From Candidatus Aenigmatarchaeota archaeon (GTDB lineage: Archaea; Aenigmatarchaeota; Aenigmatarchaeia; GW2011-AR5; JAGGXF01), in assembly GCA_021163205.1 (NCBI GenBank), contig JAGGXF010000003.1:1200-65199 (forward strand): a stretch of DNA of 64,000 nucleotides, read 5' to 3'. The translations under genes and the position numbers were made by a program. This document shows positions 27,608 through 37,372 of the stretch, piece by piece (the first letter of the stretch is position 1; each line of letters opens with the position of its first letter). The notes beneath the pieces are model-generated. The model made no database searches and had not been told where the DNA came from. It was given only the letters and a program-made list of their open reading frames with translations.

Positions 27608-28252
27608 TTAAACGTGATAATTATTTTTTGTTCTTTTTGGAATATATAAGTTTTCTTTTTTGGTTTTCATTCTTTTGGCCTTGAATTTCTCTCTTTCCTT
27701 GAAATAGTGTCCAAACCATTTTGAGCCTTTATACCAGTAAATCCAACACACGAGAAGAACTGCTATAAGCCCCCAACTCCACAGCGTTTTGTGTATGATT
27801 TCGAATTTTTCTACCCCGAAGCTCGAAACAAAGAAAAAGACAAACCATACGCGCATTATGTTAGCCAGATATAAAAGAGGGATGAAAATCCAGGCGTTGA
27901 GCTTTTTTTTCCAGTCTGTTGGGGTTGCTACAACAAGCGCGATGAAAACCAGGATAGACTTCCACCCGGTACAATCCCAATCGATTGTTCCGCCAAACAT
28001 CCCTGTTTTTATAGGAACCGTTATCATAAGCCCACTAAGCCCAGCGCGGATGCCCGTAATATTCAGAAACATTGTGACAACTCTGGCTGTGAACAACTGA
28101 AGAAAGTAGATGTTATTCCGGGTGAGAAAATATAGAGGTATGATAAAAATATTAAATACGACAGAAAATTTGAGTATCTTGATGAGTTTAGTATTAAGCC
28201 TTGTTTTTTTGATTCTAAGCTTTACTCTCGGCTTAGATAATGTGCTAGTCAT
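27608..28252 (-). CDS. exosortase/archaeosortase-family transmembrane protein (small variant)
   Basis: 214 aa, polytopic. Motif TIDWDCTGWKSILVF resembles the exosortase active-site C(S/T)G...S block. Conserved R and N lie in later TM helices (ANIMRVWF). Confidence 0.5.
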   Translation of the reverse strand: MTSTLSKPRVKLRIKKTRLNTKLIKILKFSVVFNIFIIPLYFLTRNNIYFLQLFTARVVTMFLNITGIRAGLSGLMITVPIKTGMFGGTIDWDCTGWKSILVFIALVVATPTDWKKKLNAWIFIPLLYLANIMRVWFVFFFVSSFGVEKFEIIHKTLWSWGLIAVLLVCWIYWYKGSKWFGHYFKEREKFKAKRMKTKKENLYIPKRTKNNYHV

Positions 28253-29357
28253 TCATACGACCTCTATAATTTTTTATCCAGCTTTGAAACCATGTCTTAA
28301 GATGTTCCTGCATGAGCCTTTCTATATCACACCGGCACACGAAAAACCCACCACCAATTTTTTTTATTCTCCCCCTAAATCCTGTTACATTCCTGATGAC
28401 AGGTATCGTCGTTTTTAAGCTAACCGAATCTGGTGATATAATTAATCTTGGTTCATGCTCCTCTAAATAGCTTACATTACCACGCAACTTTTCGACGAAA
28501 AGCACCTTTCCTCTAATTTTTCCTGCTTTCATAAGTTCTGCCTTGCTCAAGTCTTTCAGAATGATGATATTTTCGTATGCTTGGAGCAACTCTTTTCGTT
28601 CCTCCAAATGCTTTGCTAGTTCTTCTTTGTAGAGTTTTTTCAGATTATCAAGTTGAAAAACCAATTTTTCCAACTTTTTCGGAGTAATTCTTCTTATTTT
28701 GGTTTTCCTTATATGTTTTATCTTTTCTTTCAGCTCCTCATTCTCCCTCTCTAGCTTCTTTATGGTATGCTTTAGCGCTCTTTCGGACATCTCTAGATGT
28801 CTCAGTTTTTGTTCAAGAATGCGTGAGCTTCTAGCTACAACAACGGTCTGGTGCACAATCCTTTTTTGTTCAGGTTTCTTGTTCATTAAAACATTAAGCG
28901 CATCACTCACCTTTAACTCATTCTTGAAGACAAGCGAAATGATATCTTCCTTGAGAGAACCCAGTTTCTCTTTCTCTAGAATCTTATCTATTCTTTTCAC
29001 TTTTTCCCTTACCTGATTAAATGCGAACAAAGCTGACGCTAACGCATCCTCTTCATGGTCGTTTTTGATATATTTATTATACCCCCTAATCAGATCGATT
29101 TTTTCTTGGCTTGGTATATCCTTGTTTGGTGCAATTATTTTCGAACCGAATGTTCTGGCTATCTGTCTGACCAGGTTTGGGACTTTTTTCTTGTCTGTTG
29201 TAATAACAACGGGGTCTCCAAGTTTCGCTATTTCATATATAATGTCATCTCTAGAGAATCCCTTTCTGCTAACAGCGCCTACAAAGTTCGAATTGAAATC
29301 GATTGCAGAAACGGCTGTCGTAAGACCGGGGTCTATCCCGACAATGAGCTTTTTCAA
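28245..29357 (-). CDS. RNase H-fold (YqgF/RuvC-like) nuclease-domain protein with C-terminal coiled coil (DUF460-like)
   Basis: N-terminus MKKLIVGIDPGLTTAVSAIDFNSNFVG matches the YqgF-type start. The middle region has long K/E-rich coiled coils. Confidence 0.5.
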   Translation of the reverse strand: MKKLIVGIDPGLTTAVSAIDFNSNFVGAVSRKGFSRDDIIYEIAKLGDPVVITTDKKKVPNLVRQIARTFGSKIIAPNKDIPSQEKIDLIRGYNKYIKNDHEEDALASALFAFNQVREKVKRIDKILEKEKLGSLKEDIISLVFKNELKVSDALNVLMNKKPEQKRIVHQTVVVARSSRILEQKLRHLEMSERALKHTIKKLERENEELKEKIKHIRKTKIRRITPKKLEKLVFQLDNLKKLYKEELAKHLEERKELLQAYENIIILKDLSKAELMKAGKIRGKVLFVEKLRGNVSYLEEHEPRLIISPDSVSLKTTIPVIRNVTGFRGRIKKIGGGFFVCRCDIERLMQEHLKTWFQSWIKNYRGRMND

Positions 29358-29486
29358 TAAAAACCACTCCTGTCCTTTTTTGCATCTTTTGACCTACTAA
29401 TAAATGTGCATGAAAAATTAAAAGAATTTACTGAGCCACGAAAATGCTTGTCACTCTCTCGAGCACTTCTATCGACACGCCGATAT

Positions 29487-29576
29487 ATGACACGTGTACT
29501 GATTATGATTATAAGAACAACAGACATGGCGGGTTGTTGAGAATCTCTTGAGCTCACCAGAGCTAATTTTCATTGC
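29487..29576 (+). repeat. ~90-bp intergenic repeat element, copy A (46-nt perfect core 29531-29576)
   Basis: Core GGGTTGTTGAGAATCTCTTGAGCTCACCAGAGCTAATTTTCATTGC is identical to 40773-40818. The preceding ~45 nt are ~80% identical, in the same orientation. Confidence 0.85.
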
Positions 29577-29598
29577 ATTCATTGATCACATTTCTAGC

Positions 29599-30774
29599 CT
29601 AGTTTCGCAAGGTCTTGAAAACGATTTCTGCGCTTTCTGCGCTTTTCCACAGCCTTAAAAGCTCATTCAGTTTCGATATTCGCATACCTGCTATTCCGAA
29701 TTTAGCAAGAGGAACAAGTTGTGCAAGCTTTGAAACCACACCACAACACGTTTCTCCGCTCCTGTGTGAGACGATAGGAGTTATGTCGTTTGCATTGGCT
29801 ATTTCAATGAGCTTCATACAATCGGTTATTGTTCCTATCTGGTTCGGCTTTACAATGACGCCACTCATAGCTTTTCGTTTGACCGACTCTTCCAGACGTT
29901 TTGGACTCGAAGCAATTATATCGTCTCCAGTTATTATGACATTTTTCAGTTTTTTTGTCAGCTCTGAAAACCCATCAAAATCTGCCTGTTCAAATGGGTC
30001 TTCTATGAAGTAAAGATTATACTTTTTTGCTAACTCAACAACATAATCTACCTGCTCACCCGGACTCAACTTTTTGTCGTAGTAGACATACTTTCCAATC
30101 TTTTCATCCCAGAATGATGTCGCGGCCATATCGACACCAAGCAATGCTCTGTCGCCAACAATATCAGATATTATGTCTAGCGCTTTCTCATCTTCGATAT
30201 CAGCTGTCCAGCCAGACTCATAATCAAGACCGACATGGCCAATCTTCAAAAGTCTTTCTCTCACCTCTTTCCATATCTCAAAGTTCGATTTAAGCACATC
30301 CCACATCGTCTCTATCTCCCCACACACTTTTGTCGTGACAAGAAATTCTTGTATCGAGGTCTTCCTGGACCCGGCGTGTTTTCCTCCCCCGACTACCTTT
30401 CCGAGTATGTTTGGAAAGGTATTTCTAGTTGGAGTGGATGAAAAAAATGCAAGAGATATGGCTGTTGTGACTTGTGATCCAAGCTCATTTATGTGTTTTT
30501 TTAACAAAGCATCTAAACGCTCCTGAGTAAAGTCTCCGAGAAATTCGTTTTTCAAGGAAGAAAAGGCATTTATAGCTGTATCGGGAGATATTGCTCCCTG
30601 CGCAAACTTGCTGACACTTGTTCCACCAGCAGCACTTGCTCTATAGACAGCTTGATCGCCGAAAATGGTTGCTTCTATGGTTTCGTGTCCAACAGAATCA
30701 AATATTTTTATGAGTTTAATATCTTTGATTAACATAGAATAACTATACATATCTAGCCATATAAAACTAACCAT
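29599..30774 (-). CDS. eno: enolase (divergent; SHRSGETCC in place of canonical SHRSGETED)
   Basis: 391 aa. N-terminus IKDIKLIKIFDSVGHETIEA. Also DMAATSFW, VKPNQIGTITD, SHRSGETCCG and a C-terminal KLNELLRL. Confidence 0.75.
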   Translation of the reverse strand: MVSFIWLDMYSYSMLIKDIKLIKIFDSVGHETIEATIFGDQAVYRASAAGGTSVSKFAQGAISPDTAINAFSSLKNEFLGDFTQERLDALLKKHINELGSQVTTAISLAFFSSTPTRNTFPNILGKVVGGGKHAGSRKTSIQEFLVTTKVCGEIETMWDVLKSNFEIWKEVRERLLKIGHVGLDYESGWTADIEDEKALDIISDIVGDRALLGVDMAATSFWDEKIGKYVYYDKKLSPGEQVDYVVELAKKYNLYFIEDPFEQADFDGFSELTKKLKNVIITGDDIIASSPKRLEESVKRKAMSGVIVKPNQIGTITDCMKLIEIANANDITPIVSHRSGETCCGVVSKLAQLVPLAKFGIAGMRISKLNELLRLWKSAESAEIVFKTLRN

Positions 30775-30942
30775 ATACTGCCACTAATCCTTTCGGCAAG
30801 TGTGTGATGAATGAAAATTAAAGCACGATAAAATCACAAACATATTGATAACTATTCTCGATGGTCTAACGTCATGAACAACACATAAATTTTTGATGAG
30901 AACTATCGTGGCCGCTCAGATTTTTGACCTTTTTGATGATCG

Positions 30943-31908
30943 CTATTTTCTATTTTTCGGGTATATTCCAGGCTCCATTATAACTCTGTCTGTACGGACA
31001 ATGATTCCCCCCATAGGAACTTTTGATTTTTTTATATCTTTCCAGTCAACATTTGAAATTCCCAGAGCAACCAATTCTCCCTTACCTGTTATCATAGCAA
31101 CAAGACCATCTTTTTTTATACTATCTTCAAATTTACAAATACCTCCAATGTAAAGCGGTGAACCGTTGCAAATAGAAAAAACGGCAGAGTCTTTTATTAT
31201 CAACTTCGGTATGTGCTCGACAGCAGCCTCAACAGGCAACAAGATTTGTCTGAGTTTTTGCTCAGCACTGCCCACACCATTCTTGTAGAATTCAAATGTA
31301 TCTTTGAGCTCCTGAAAGGTGTGTGCTTGCTCTTCCTTGTATGGTCCGACTTCCGTGCGACGCAACTCTACCATGTGTGCGCCTCCTATCTTCTCACCGA
31401 TCTGATGAACAAGCTTTCTTATGTAAGTTCCTGCCTCACAGCGAATGTCCAGCACAGCATTTCTTCCAACTATGTCAACGACCTCTAAAGAATATATTTC
31501 CCTTTTGCGTTTCACGCGCCTGACGGCAGACCTGACGGGAGGCTTCTGAGTTATTTTACCAACAAATTGCCTACAAATCTCTTTAAGTTTTTCCCCATCG
31601 ATGTCCTTATGCAGGCGCATAACAGTCACATACCTCTTGCTCAGACCCTGGAGCGCAGGCATCACTCGTGTTGCTCTATCAAGGACGATTGGCAAAACGC
31701 CTGTGGCGCGGGGATCTAAGGTTCCGGAATGTCCGGCCTTGTCAACACCCAAAATCTTTTTGACCCACGAAACACATTCGCGAGATGTCGGACCAGGAGG
31801 CTTGTCCAGAACAAGCAACCCATTGTGAATGAGCTCTTCTATGGAACGAATACCCGGGTATCTCCCATAATCAGGGCTGGATATTTCATCACACAATGTT
31901 ATCCACAT
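30943..31908 (-). CDS. cbf5: tRNA/rRNA pseudouridine synthase Cbf5 (TruB family, with PUA domain)
   Basis: 321 aa. Contains GHSGTLDPRATGVLPIVLDRATR (catalytic Asp motif). Has a C-terminal PUA-like region. Confidence 0.85.
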   Translation of the reverse strand: MWITLCDEISSPDYGRYPGIRSIEELIHNGLLVLDKPPGPTSRECVSWVKKILGVDKAGHSGTLDPRATGVLPIVLDRATRVMPALQGLSKRYVTVMRLHKDIDGEKLKEICRQFVGKITQKPPVRSAVRRVKRKREIYSLEVVDIVGRNAVLDIRCEAGTYIRKLVHQIGEKIGGAHMVELRRTEVGPYKEEQAHTFQELKDTFEFYKNGVGSAEQKLRQILLPVEAAVEHIPKLIIKDSAVFSICNGSPLYIGGICKFEDSIKKDGLVAMITGKGELVALGISNVDWKDIKKSKVPMGGIIVRTDRVIMEPGIYPKNRK

Positions 31909-31987
31909 ATCTAAAGAATTGGTGAAAAGAATTAAATGGTTATTCTTAGAATGTCAAAACACCAAAAAAGATTAACCCGCGCTTGCC

Positions 31988-32650
31988 TCATATCGCAATT
32001 CCCATAATCTTCTTCAAGACTAACATTATAGGCATACTCACTAAGAAATAAAAAAGAAGCCAACCGATATCATTGCCTATAAGAGGTAGTGTTATCGGCA
32101 GGTAATAGACAACCTGCTGCATTCGCAACTTGTGGTCCCTGAGCATAATATTAAACTCCCTGCCAGCGAACTTCTGTTTTTTCGCAATAGATAGGGTTGT
32201 CATGTTACCGCTTGCTGTATTAATGATAGTGAGATTATTGCCTGCAATTGTTATGTTGTAACTCTCTCCAAGAAAAATGAAACTGCCTGTATTATTTTCC
32301 AGCGGCACAAGAATGTCTCCATAGCTTGCCCGAAGCCATGGTATGACAAGAAAAAAAATAGCAAGAGATATGATGAGCGGTTTTATCGTGTGACTCATTA
32401 TGCGACTATTGAGTTTCATGGCCTCATTCATATATTCAGTGGCTTTATCAATCCTATCGTCTTTCTGAGCTTCCTTCATTTTTTTACTCAGCTCTTTCTG
32501 CCTTTCCTTTAGTTCTTTTACCTTTTCGTGGTCCACGAGAAACTTGTAAGGCAACTGCGTTATAAAAAGTATAACTAAAGCAAAAAGAAAAATAGCCATA
32601 GCTGGAGAATAAGAACCGAATATGAGAGATAAAAAACTATCGAAAAACAT
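31988..32650 (-). CDS. DUF106-family membrane protein (archaeal YidC/Oxa1-like insertase homolog)
   Basis: 220 aa. TM1, then a K/E-rich coiled coil (KVKELKERQKELSKKMKEAQKDD), then TM helices. This architecture is typical of DUF106. Confidence 0.5.
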   Translation of the reverse strand: MFFDSFLSLIFGSYSPAMAIFLFALVILFITQLPYKFLVDHEKVKELKERQKELSKKMKEAQKDDRIDKATEYMNEAMKLNSRIMSHTIKPLIISLAIFFLVIPWLRASYGDILVPLENNTGSFIFLGESYNITIAGNNLTIINTASGNMTTLSIAKKQKFAGREFNIMLRDHKLRMQQVVYYLPITLPLIGNDIGWLLFYFLVSMPIMLVLKKIMGIAI

Positions 32651-32721
32651 TTTATTCTCCTGTGTTTATTTTAGTTAATGATCGCGCTCCTCTGATGGTT
32701 TTTCATAATACTATCAAATCC

Positions 32722-33324
32722 TTATATGGAGTCTTTCAAATCATCCCAGATTTTCCTTGCGGCCTGCTTTGCGTGGCCAAGAGGTTCTGTTTCTTCGCCC
32801 TTCGCCTCCACAATCTTAACTGCAGCGCCAACAAGAGCCGCATAAGCAATAACAAACGCCCTGTTTATCTTCTGGTGAAGATCTATCTCTTCGGCCGTTT
32901 CCTTGTCCCTGGCACCAATCTTTTCCCTTTCCTTATCTCCAGCTCGCTTTTCCAATATGATTTGCGGGTCTTTCTCCAGCGAAATTATAACATCGGGTTT
33001 GAGTATTTTTAATATGCTTTCGGGAAGCCCCGACCAATAACCAAACCTCGTCTTTATAGAAGCATGTGTATCTATGATAACACTACCCGTTATCTCACTG
33101 ATTTTTTTTGCAGCAGCAAGTTGAAGCTCTTCTTGAACGTTTTTAGGCAATGGCCTCATACCATCCCTATGCTCAGCAAGACCACGCTTTTTTGCCTCTT
33201 CGAACATATAGTCTCCAAAATTGGCAAAGACCACATTTTTTTTATCTTCTTCTGCATGTTTTTTCAAGAAGTTAAGAACAGTTGTCTTTCCGCAACCGGG
33301 AACAGCTGTAATGATAATCTTCAT
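32722..33324 (-). CDS. adkA: archaeal-type adenylate kinase
   Basis: 200 aa. P-loop MKIIITAVPGCGKTTVL. AdkA-like length and organisation. Confidence 0.8.
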   Translation of the reverse strand: MKIIITAVPGCGKTTVLNFLKKHAEEDKKNVVFANFGDYMFEEAKKRGLAEHRDGMRPLPKNVQEELQLAAAKKISEITGSVIIDTHASIKTRFGYWSGLPESILKILKPDVIISLEKDPQIILEKRAGDKEREKIGARDKETAEEIDLHQKINRAFVIAYAALVGAAVKIVEAKGEETEPLGHAKQAARKIWDDLKDSI

Positions 33325-33384
33325 CTCATATCACCCCTTGCTCCTTATTCTGTATCTGGATTCTGTTACGAGTATGAAGAACAA

Positions 33385-33678
33385 TTACGCCTTCTGTATT
33401 TCGAATTTCTTTACGCGAAATCCACTGCCAATGGGCTGTAATTTACCACACTCTTTACATCTGTACCTCAGGTCCAACTTTCTGGTTGGTTTCTCCCTCC
33501 CCTTTGGGTTTTCCTTCGGAAATGAACCATATCCTTTTAACTTACGCTTGAATCGCCTTTGGCTTTTTGAGTTCTTCTTTCTTGGTCTTCTTTTAGCTAT
33601 CTCAACCGTTTGCTCGGTATGTTTTTTACAATATTTACAATACCTTCTCTGTGTCTTAGGAACTTTCATCTTGACCAT
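33385..33678 (-). CDS. rpl44e: 50S ribosomal protein L44e (eL42)
   Basis: [16 protein letters not shown]...[17 protein letters not shown]...FEIQ matches the L44e zinc-ribbon pattern (YCPHC..H..H...KKTDLKYRCGECGK). Confidence 0.7.
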   Translation of the reverse strand: MVKMKVPKTQRRYCKYCKKHTEQTVEIAKRRPRKKNSKSQRRFKRKLKGYGSFPKENPKGREKPTRKLDLRYRCKECGKLQPIGSGFRVKKFEIQKA

Positions 33679-33683
33679 CTCTC

Positions 33684-34268
33684 TCAGTCAACAACCTTTG
33701 CAAGCCCTCTTTTGATGAGTAGGTTTTCAATTTTTTCATCAAGCGATATTATATCATTTTTCTTTAATGAATAGCTTTTTAAATCTGTCCCTACGAACTC
33801 TGGAATGTCTTGAACTACTCTAATCTGTCTTTTTTTCGTTTTTTGCTTTTCAGATTTGTCATTACTACCGTTTTTTTTACTGATGTCGCCATTACTTTCC
33901 ATCCTAACCATGGCGACCGGATTTCCAAGCTTATCCAAAAACTCCTCTCGAAAAGTCTTCAGAATATTTACGAGACTATAAAAAAGCTTCTCTTCCTCCT
34001 TTGTCAGGTTTTCAACAGGCAGACCTGTCCTCACGGAGTAAAGCGCGAGGTTTAATATCTTACGCTCTCTTATCTCAAAAAGGTCTTTAATTATATTCTT
34101 TATGTTCTCCAGTTCATAAACATCTGTGCTCGTCTTTTCTTTTATGTGCTGTTTCCGCTCTATATAGTCAGCGGCTTCTTTCATTATGTTGTCTGGAAGT
34201 TTCTCTAATTTTCTCGATTCTTTCTCAGCGCGGTGTATATCCCTAATTTTCTCAAATGTTAGAACCAC
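33684..34268 (-). CDS. gins51: GINS complex subunit Gins51 (Gins15)
   Basis: 194 aa. Runs collinear with Thermococcales Gins51: [55 protein letters not shown]. Adjacent to priS, a conserved pairing. Confidence 0.65.
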   Translation of the reverse strand: MVLTFEKIRDIHRAEKESRKLEKLPDNIMKEAADYIERKQHIKEKTSTDVYELENIKNIIKDLFEIRERKILNLALYSVRTGLPVENLTKEEEKLFYSLVNILKTFREEFLDKLGNPVAMVRMESNGDISKKNGSNDKSEKQKTKKRQIRVVQDIPEFVGTDLKSYSLKKNDIISLDEKIENLLIKRGLAKVVD

Positions 34269-34377
34269 ACAAGCACCTCATAACAATGATAAGATTTTCT
34301 GAACAACAACTGCATAAACTATTGAAAAAAAAGATTTAAAAGAATAGAACTGAAAGAATAGAACCGACCTTTTTGGT

Positions 34378-35739
34378 TTACTTCTTCTTTATTCTGCCTT
34401 TTTTAATTATCCTACCAATTCTAGGCTCGTTCTTTTCCTTGCGCTGTTTCCTCTGTCTTGGCTTTTTCCTTTTGGTGATACCCAGCTTTTTCATCTTTCG
34501 AAACGGATACGTAACTGGATTTTTTATATTTTTACACAATTCATCCTTATTACAGCAAAAACCGTAGAATTGCTCGTTGGTGCAGTTAGCTGGTAAATGT
34601 TGCTTTTGTTGCTGGTTCCAACGAAGTTGTCCAATTATTATGTTATCTGGAAGCGGTGGATTATTTTTCTTGTTCCACTCCCAGAGCCTCTGCTCTATCT
34701 CAGACCACGACCAGTTCATCATCCGCAGGAAGTTTATTATCGTGAACAAAGACCTCTTTCGGCCATCGGACAACCCGGCAAGAATAAATTTTATGCAAGG
34801 CGGAAATAAGTTTTCGCTAACTTTTTTCTCCCAGTTTATTACTCGCTTTTTCACTGGCTTTTTTTCATTCTCTTTTTTATGTGCTGCATACCAGTCAAGG
34901 GCTTCTGTTAGCAGGTCAAGTGCCTCGTTTTCTTCAGCTGGCTTAATAAATGGACCCTTCTTAGATTTCAAAACCTTTTCTGGCCTCGCATGCTCTGGCT
35001 TGAATTGCTCCAGCTCGTTTTCGCTCAACGGGAAAGAAACAAGCCAAGTTTTGTTGTTGAAAGAGTAAGGCATCCTGAATAAATGGCGCGCGCCCCAGTC
35101 CTTCTCAACCTCGACAAAATAATAGGGATTCATCTCTGTGGGTGGTTGTTCAAGAACTTCGATAAGCTCTTTCGCTCCTCTGGTCTTAATGAGCTCTTTC
35201 ATGAGATTCTCTGCTATACTCTCCCTAATGAACAAAGCGATAATTCTCGGATAAGCCGGGTACTGATTCTTGACACGCTGAAAATTTATCTCTTTTGGAA
35301 AGGCTTCCCACGGCACACATATGTGAAAACCACGGCGGCCAGAAAATTTCAGACCGTAGTTCTTTATCCCATATTTTTTCAAGAATTTGCATATCATCTT
35401 TGCAGTGATTTTTGCCTCTTCAATACCGACCTTTGAATCTATGTCCAAAATAAAATCCCATCCAACACGCAATTGGCTCTGATTGTCTTGAGTTATGCTC
35501 ATTGGACTGGACCATCGCTCCACAGAGGCGTGAAAAGAAACAATGCCCCTCCTAACCATTTCTTTGATATCATCTGGATATTGAAGTATGTTTGGCCTTT
35601 TATCATAGGAGCCGTCATAAAAAGTGCCGACGACCTCTCTGTTGTCAGCTATAGACAATATTTGCTCGATGATGTCTGGATTGAAATAGTATCTAAGAAT
35701 CTCTGTTTTGCTCAGCTGTTTGATGCCAATATCTCCCAT
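34378..35739 (-). CDS. priS: DNA primase small (catalytic) subunit PriS with basic C-terminal extension
   Basis: 453 aa. Catalytic motif VGWDFILDIDS and GRRGFHICVPWEAF. The C-terminal ~50 aa are K/R-rich. Confidence 0.8.
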   Translation of the reverse strand: MGDIGIKQLSKTEILRYYFNPDIIEQILSIADNREVVGTFYDGSYDKRPNILQYPDDIKEMVRRGIVSFHASVERWSSPMSITQDNQSQLRVGWDFILDIDSKVGIEEAKITAKMICKFLKKYGIKNYGLKFSGRRGFHICVPWEAFPKEINFQRVKNQYPAYPRIIALFIRESIAENLMKELIKTRGAKELIEVLEQPPTEMNPYYFVEVEKDWGARHLFRMPYSFNNKTWLVSFPLSENELEQFKPEHARPEKVLKSKKGPFIKPAEENEALDLLTEALDWYAAHKKENEKKPVKKRVINWEKKVSENLFPPCIKFILAGLSDGRKRSLFTIINFLRMMNWSWSEIEQRLWEWNKKNNPPLPDNIIIGQLRWNQQQKQHLPANCTNEQFYGFCCNKDELCKNIKNPVTYPFRKMKKLGITKRKKPRQRKQRKEKNEPRIGRIIKKGRIKKK

Positions 35740-35919
35740 AGTTATTCATAGGTATGGAAATGTTTTTATTATAAATATGAACAACGGCTCGTAGAATAAA
35801 TCCTATAAAATCACAGATATACGTTTTTTAGTTTGCTTTTGTTATAATAAATACCTTCTTGAAGCTCCCATCACATTATCAAAAATTAATTTAAATCAGA
35901 TAGTACATAAAACTAAATC

Positions 35920-36399
35920 ATGGAAGTAAGAGAGATCATGACCAGAAACCCTGTATTCTTAAAACCCACTAATAATTTGAAAGATACCATAGAGGTATTT
36001 GCGAATAACAAGGTGGAAACCTGTCCTGTTATCGGCCCAAATAAGGAGCTTGTAGGAGTCGTTTCATATGGTGATGTGCTCAGAATAGCAGACATTCACT
36101 CAAAAATACAGGAATCTACGTCAAAAACATTTCCAATTGTTATCGGACTTCTAAAAGGAAGGGAACATTTCGAATCTCTTGAGGAGGGACTAAAGAAAAT
36201 TTTAACTGTTCCCGTTTCCGAGTTCATGACCAAAAAGATAAAAAGTATTTCTCCCGAAGACGATGTTTACGATGCTTTGAAAATTATGAACGAAGAAAAG
36301 ATTAACACACTACCTGTCGTAAAAGACAGCAAGTTAGTGGGGGTCTTGTCGAGAGTAGATATAATCGAAGCACTTGAAAAAAATATGAAAAAAAGATAA
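35920..36399 (+). CDS. CBS-domain pair protein
   Basis: 159 aa with two CBS repeats (IMTRNPVFLKPTNNLKDTIEVF...; FMTKKIKSISPEDDVYDALKIMNEEKINTLPVV). Confidence 0.7.
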   Translation: MEVREIMTRNPVFLKPTNNLKDTIEVFANNKVETCPVIGPNKELVGVVSYGDVLRIADIHSKIQESTSKTFPIVIGLLKGREHFESLEEGLKKILTVPVSEFMTKKIKSISPEDDVYDALKIMNEEKINTLPVVKDSKLVGVLSRVDIIEALEKNMKKR

Positions 36400-36530
36400 G
36401 AACGGTTATGCTATAAACAAATCTGAAAAAAGACAATTGCTGGCGTACTTCTTGCAATAACCTTCAAAAACAATAACTCCATTTTGCTGTTGTCGGTTTC
36501 AAAAACTCAATACAGATGTAAGTTATATAA

Positions 36531-36887
36531 TTATTGTCTTTCTTGAAATATAATCGCGAGACTAAAAACAATTGTCAGAATTCCGACTAGAAATATACTT
36601 ATATTGAGATTTCTCAACACCAAATTTACAAAGAATAAAAGAATGGCGAGAAAAACCAAGAAAATCCCCCGAATTTCTGTAGCACTAATTAAGATAAAAA
36701 ATGAGTTTACAATAACCATGGCCAATGAGACACTAAGAAACCAATTATTGTTAATACCGTATAGAACAAATGCAACAACAACACATAACATCAACAAAAA
36801 ATTAAATATCATAAGTCCGGCAAAAAATCCGGGCTTAATTTTATCTGGAATCTTCTTTTTTCCCTTGTATTTTTTCATTAGGCACAC
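36531..36887 (-). CDS. small hypothetical membrane protein
   Basis: 118 aa with three predicted TM helices. No recognisable motifs. Confidence 0.35.
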   Translation of the reverse strand: MCLMKKYKGKKKIPDKIKPGFFAGLMIFNFLLMLCVVVAFVLYGINNNWFLSVSLAMVIVNSFFILISATEIRGIFLVFLAILLFFVNLVLRNLNISIFLVGILTIVFSLAIIFQERQ

Positions 36888-36940
36888 CTACTAAATTTAG
36901 GTAGGCAATCGACATATAGAATGTCTCTGCATATAAATAA

Positions 36941-37129
36941 TTATCTTTCTTTGCTTTTAAACTTTCTTGAAGTTTCTGTCCACTTGACTGATTTTGGGTC
37001 TCTTTTAAGTTTCATCATGTTTTTTTCACACTTGGACGAGCAAAACCAAAGCAATTTTCCAGTATTGAGAACTAACAATTTTCCCGTTCCCTTCTCAAAC
37101 TTATTTCCACAAAATGAGCATACAGGCAT
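36941..37129 (-). CDS. rpl24e: 50S ribosomal protein L24e
   Basis: MPVCSFCGNKFEKGTGKLLVLNTGKLLWFCSSKCEKN is the L24e TRASH zinc-finger signature. Confidence 0.8.
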   Translation of the reverse strand: MPVCSFCGNKFEKGTGKLLVLNTGKLLWFCSSKCEKNMMKLKRDPKSVKWTETSRKFKSKER

Positions 37130-37134
37130 TTTTA

Positions 37135-37344
37135 TTACCTTCTCTTACCAAAATTATCAGCAGCTTCTATTTCTGTTTCTACCAGCATAACAATGTCTCC
37201 AACTTTCGTGGGTCCGAGTATATTTCTGATCAATATCTTTCCAGCGTCTCTTCCTTCAAGTACTTTACACCTAGCTCTAATAACTCCACGATTCCCAGTT
37301 CTCCCCAAAATCTGTACTATCTCAGCGGGAACAGCTTCTGTCAT
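37135..37344 (-). CDS. rps28e: 30S ribosomal protein S28e
   Basis: AEIVQILGRTGNRGVIRARCKVLEGRDAGKILIRNILGPTKVGDIVMLVETE matches the S28e consensus. Confidence 0.8.
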   Translation of the reverse strand: MTEAVPAEIVQILGRTGNRGVIRARCKVLEGRDAGKILIRNILGPTKVGDIVMLVETEIEAADNFGKRR

Positions 37345-37372
37345 ATCTTCGCCTTCTTTTTAAGTGCATCAA

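Noticed and set aside
25590-27611. Long + strand ORFs (156, 144, 97, 195 aa) rich in Ser/Phe/Ile opposite the coiled-coil gene
   Set aside because: They are antisense shadows of a GAA/AAG-rich coiled-coil coding sequence, low-complexity with no motifs. The minus-strand 685-aa frame is continuous and far more plausible.
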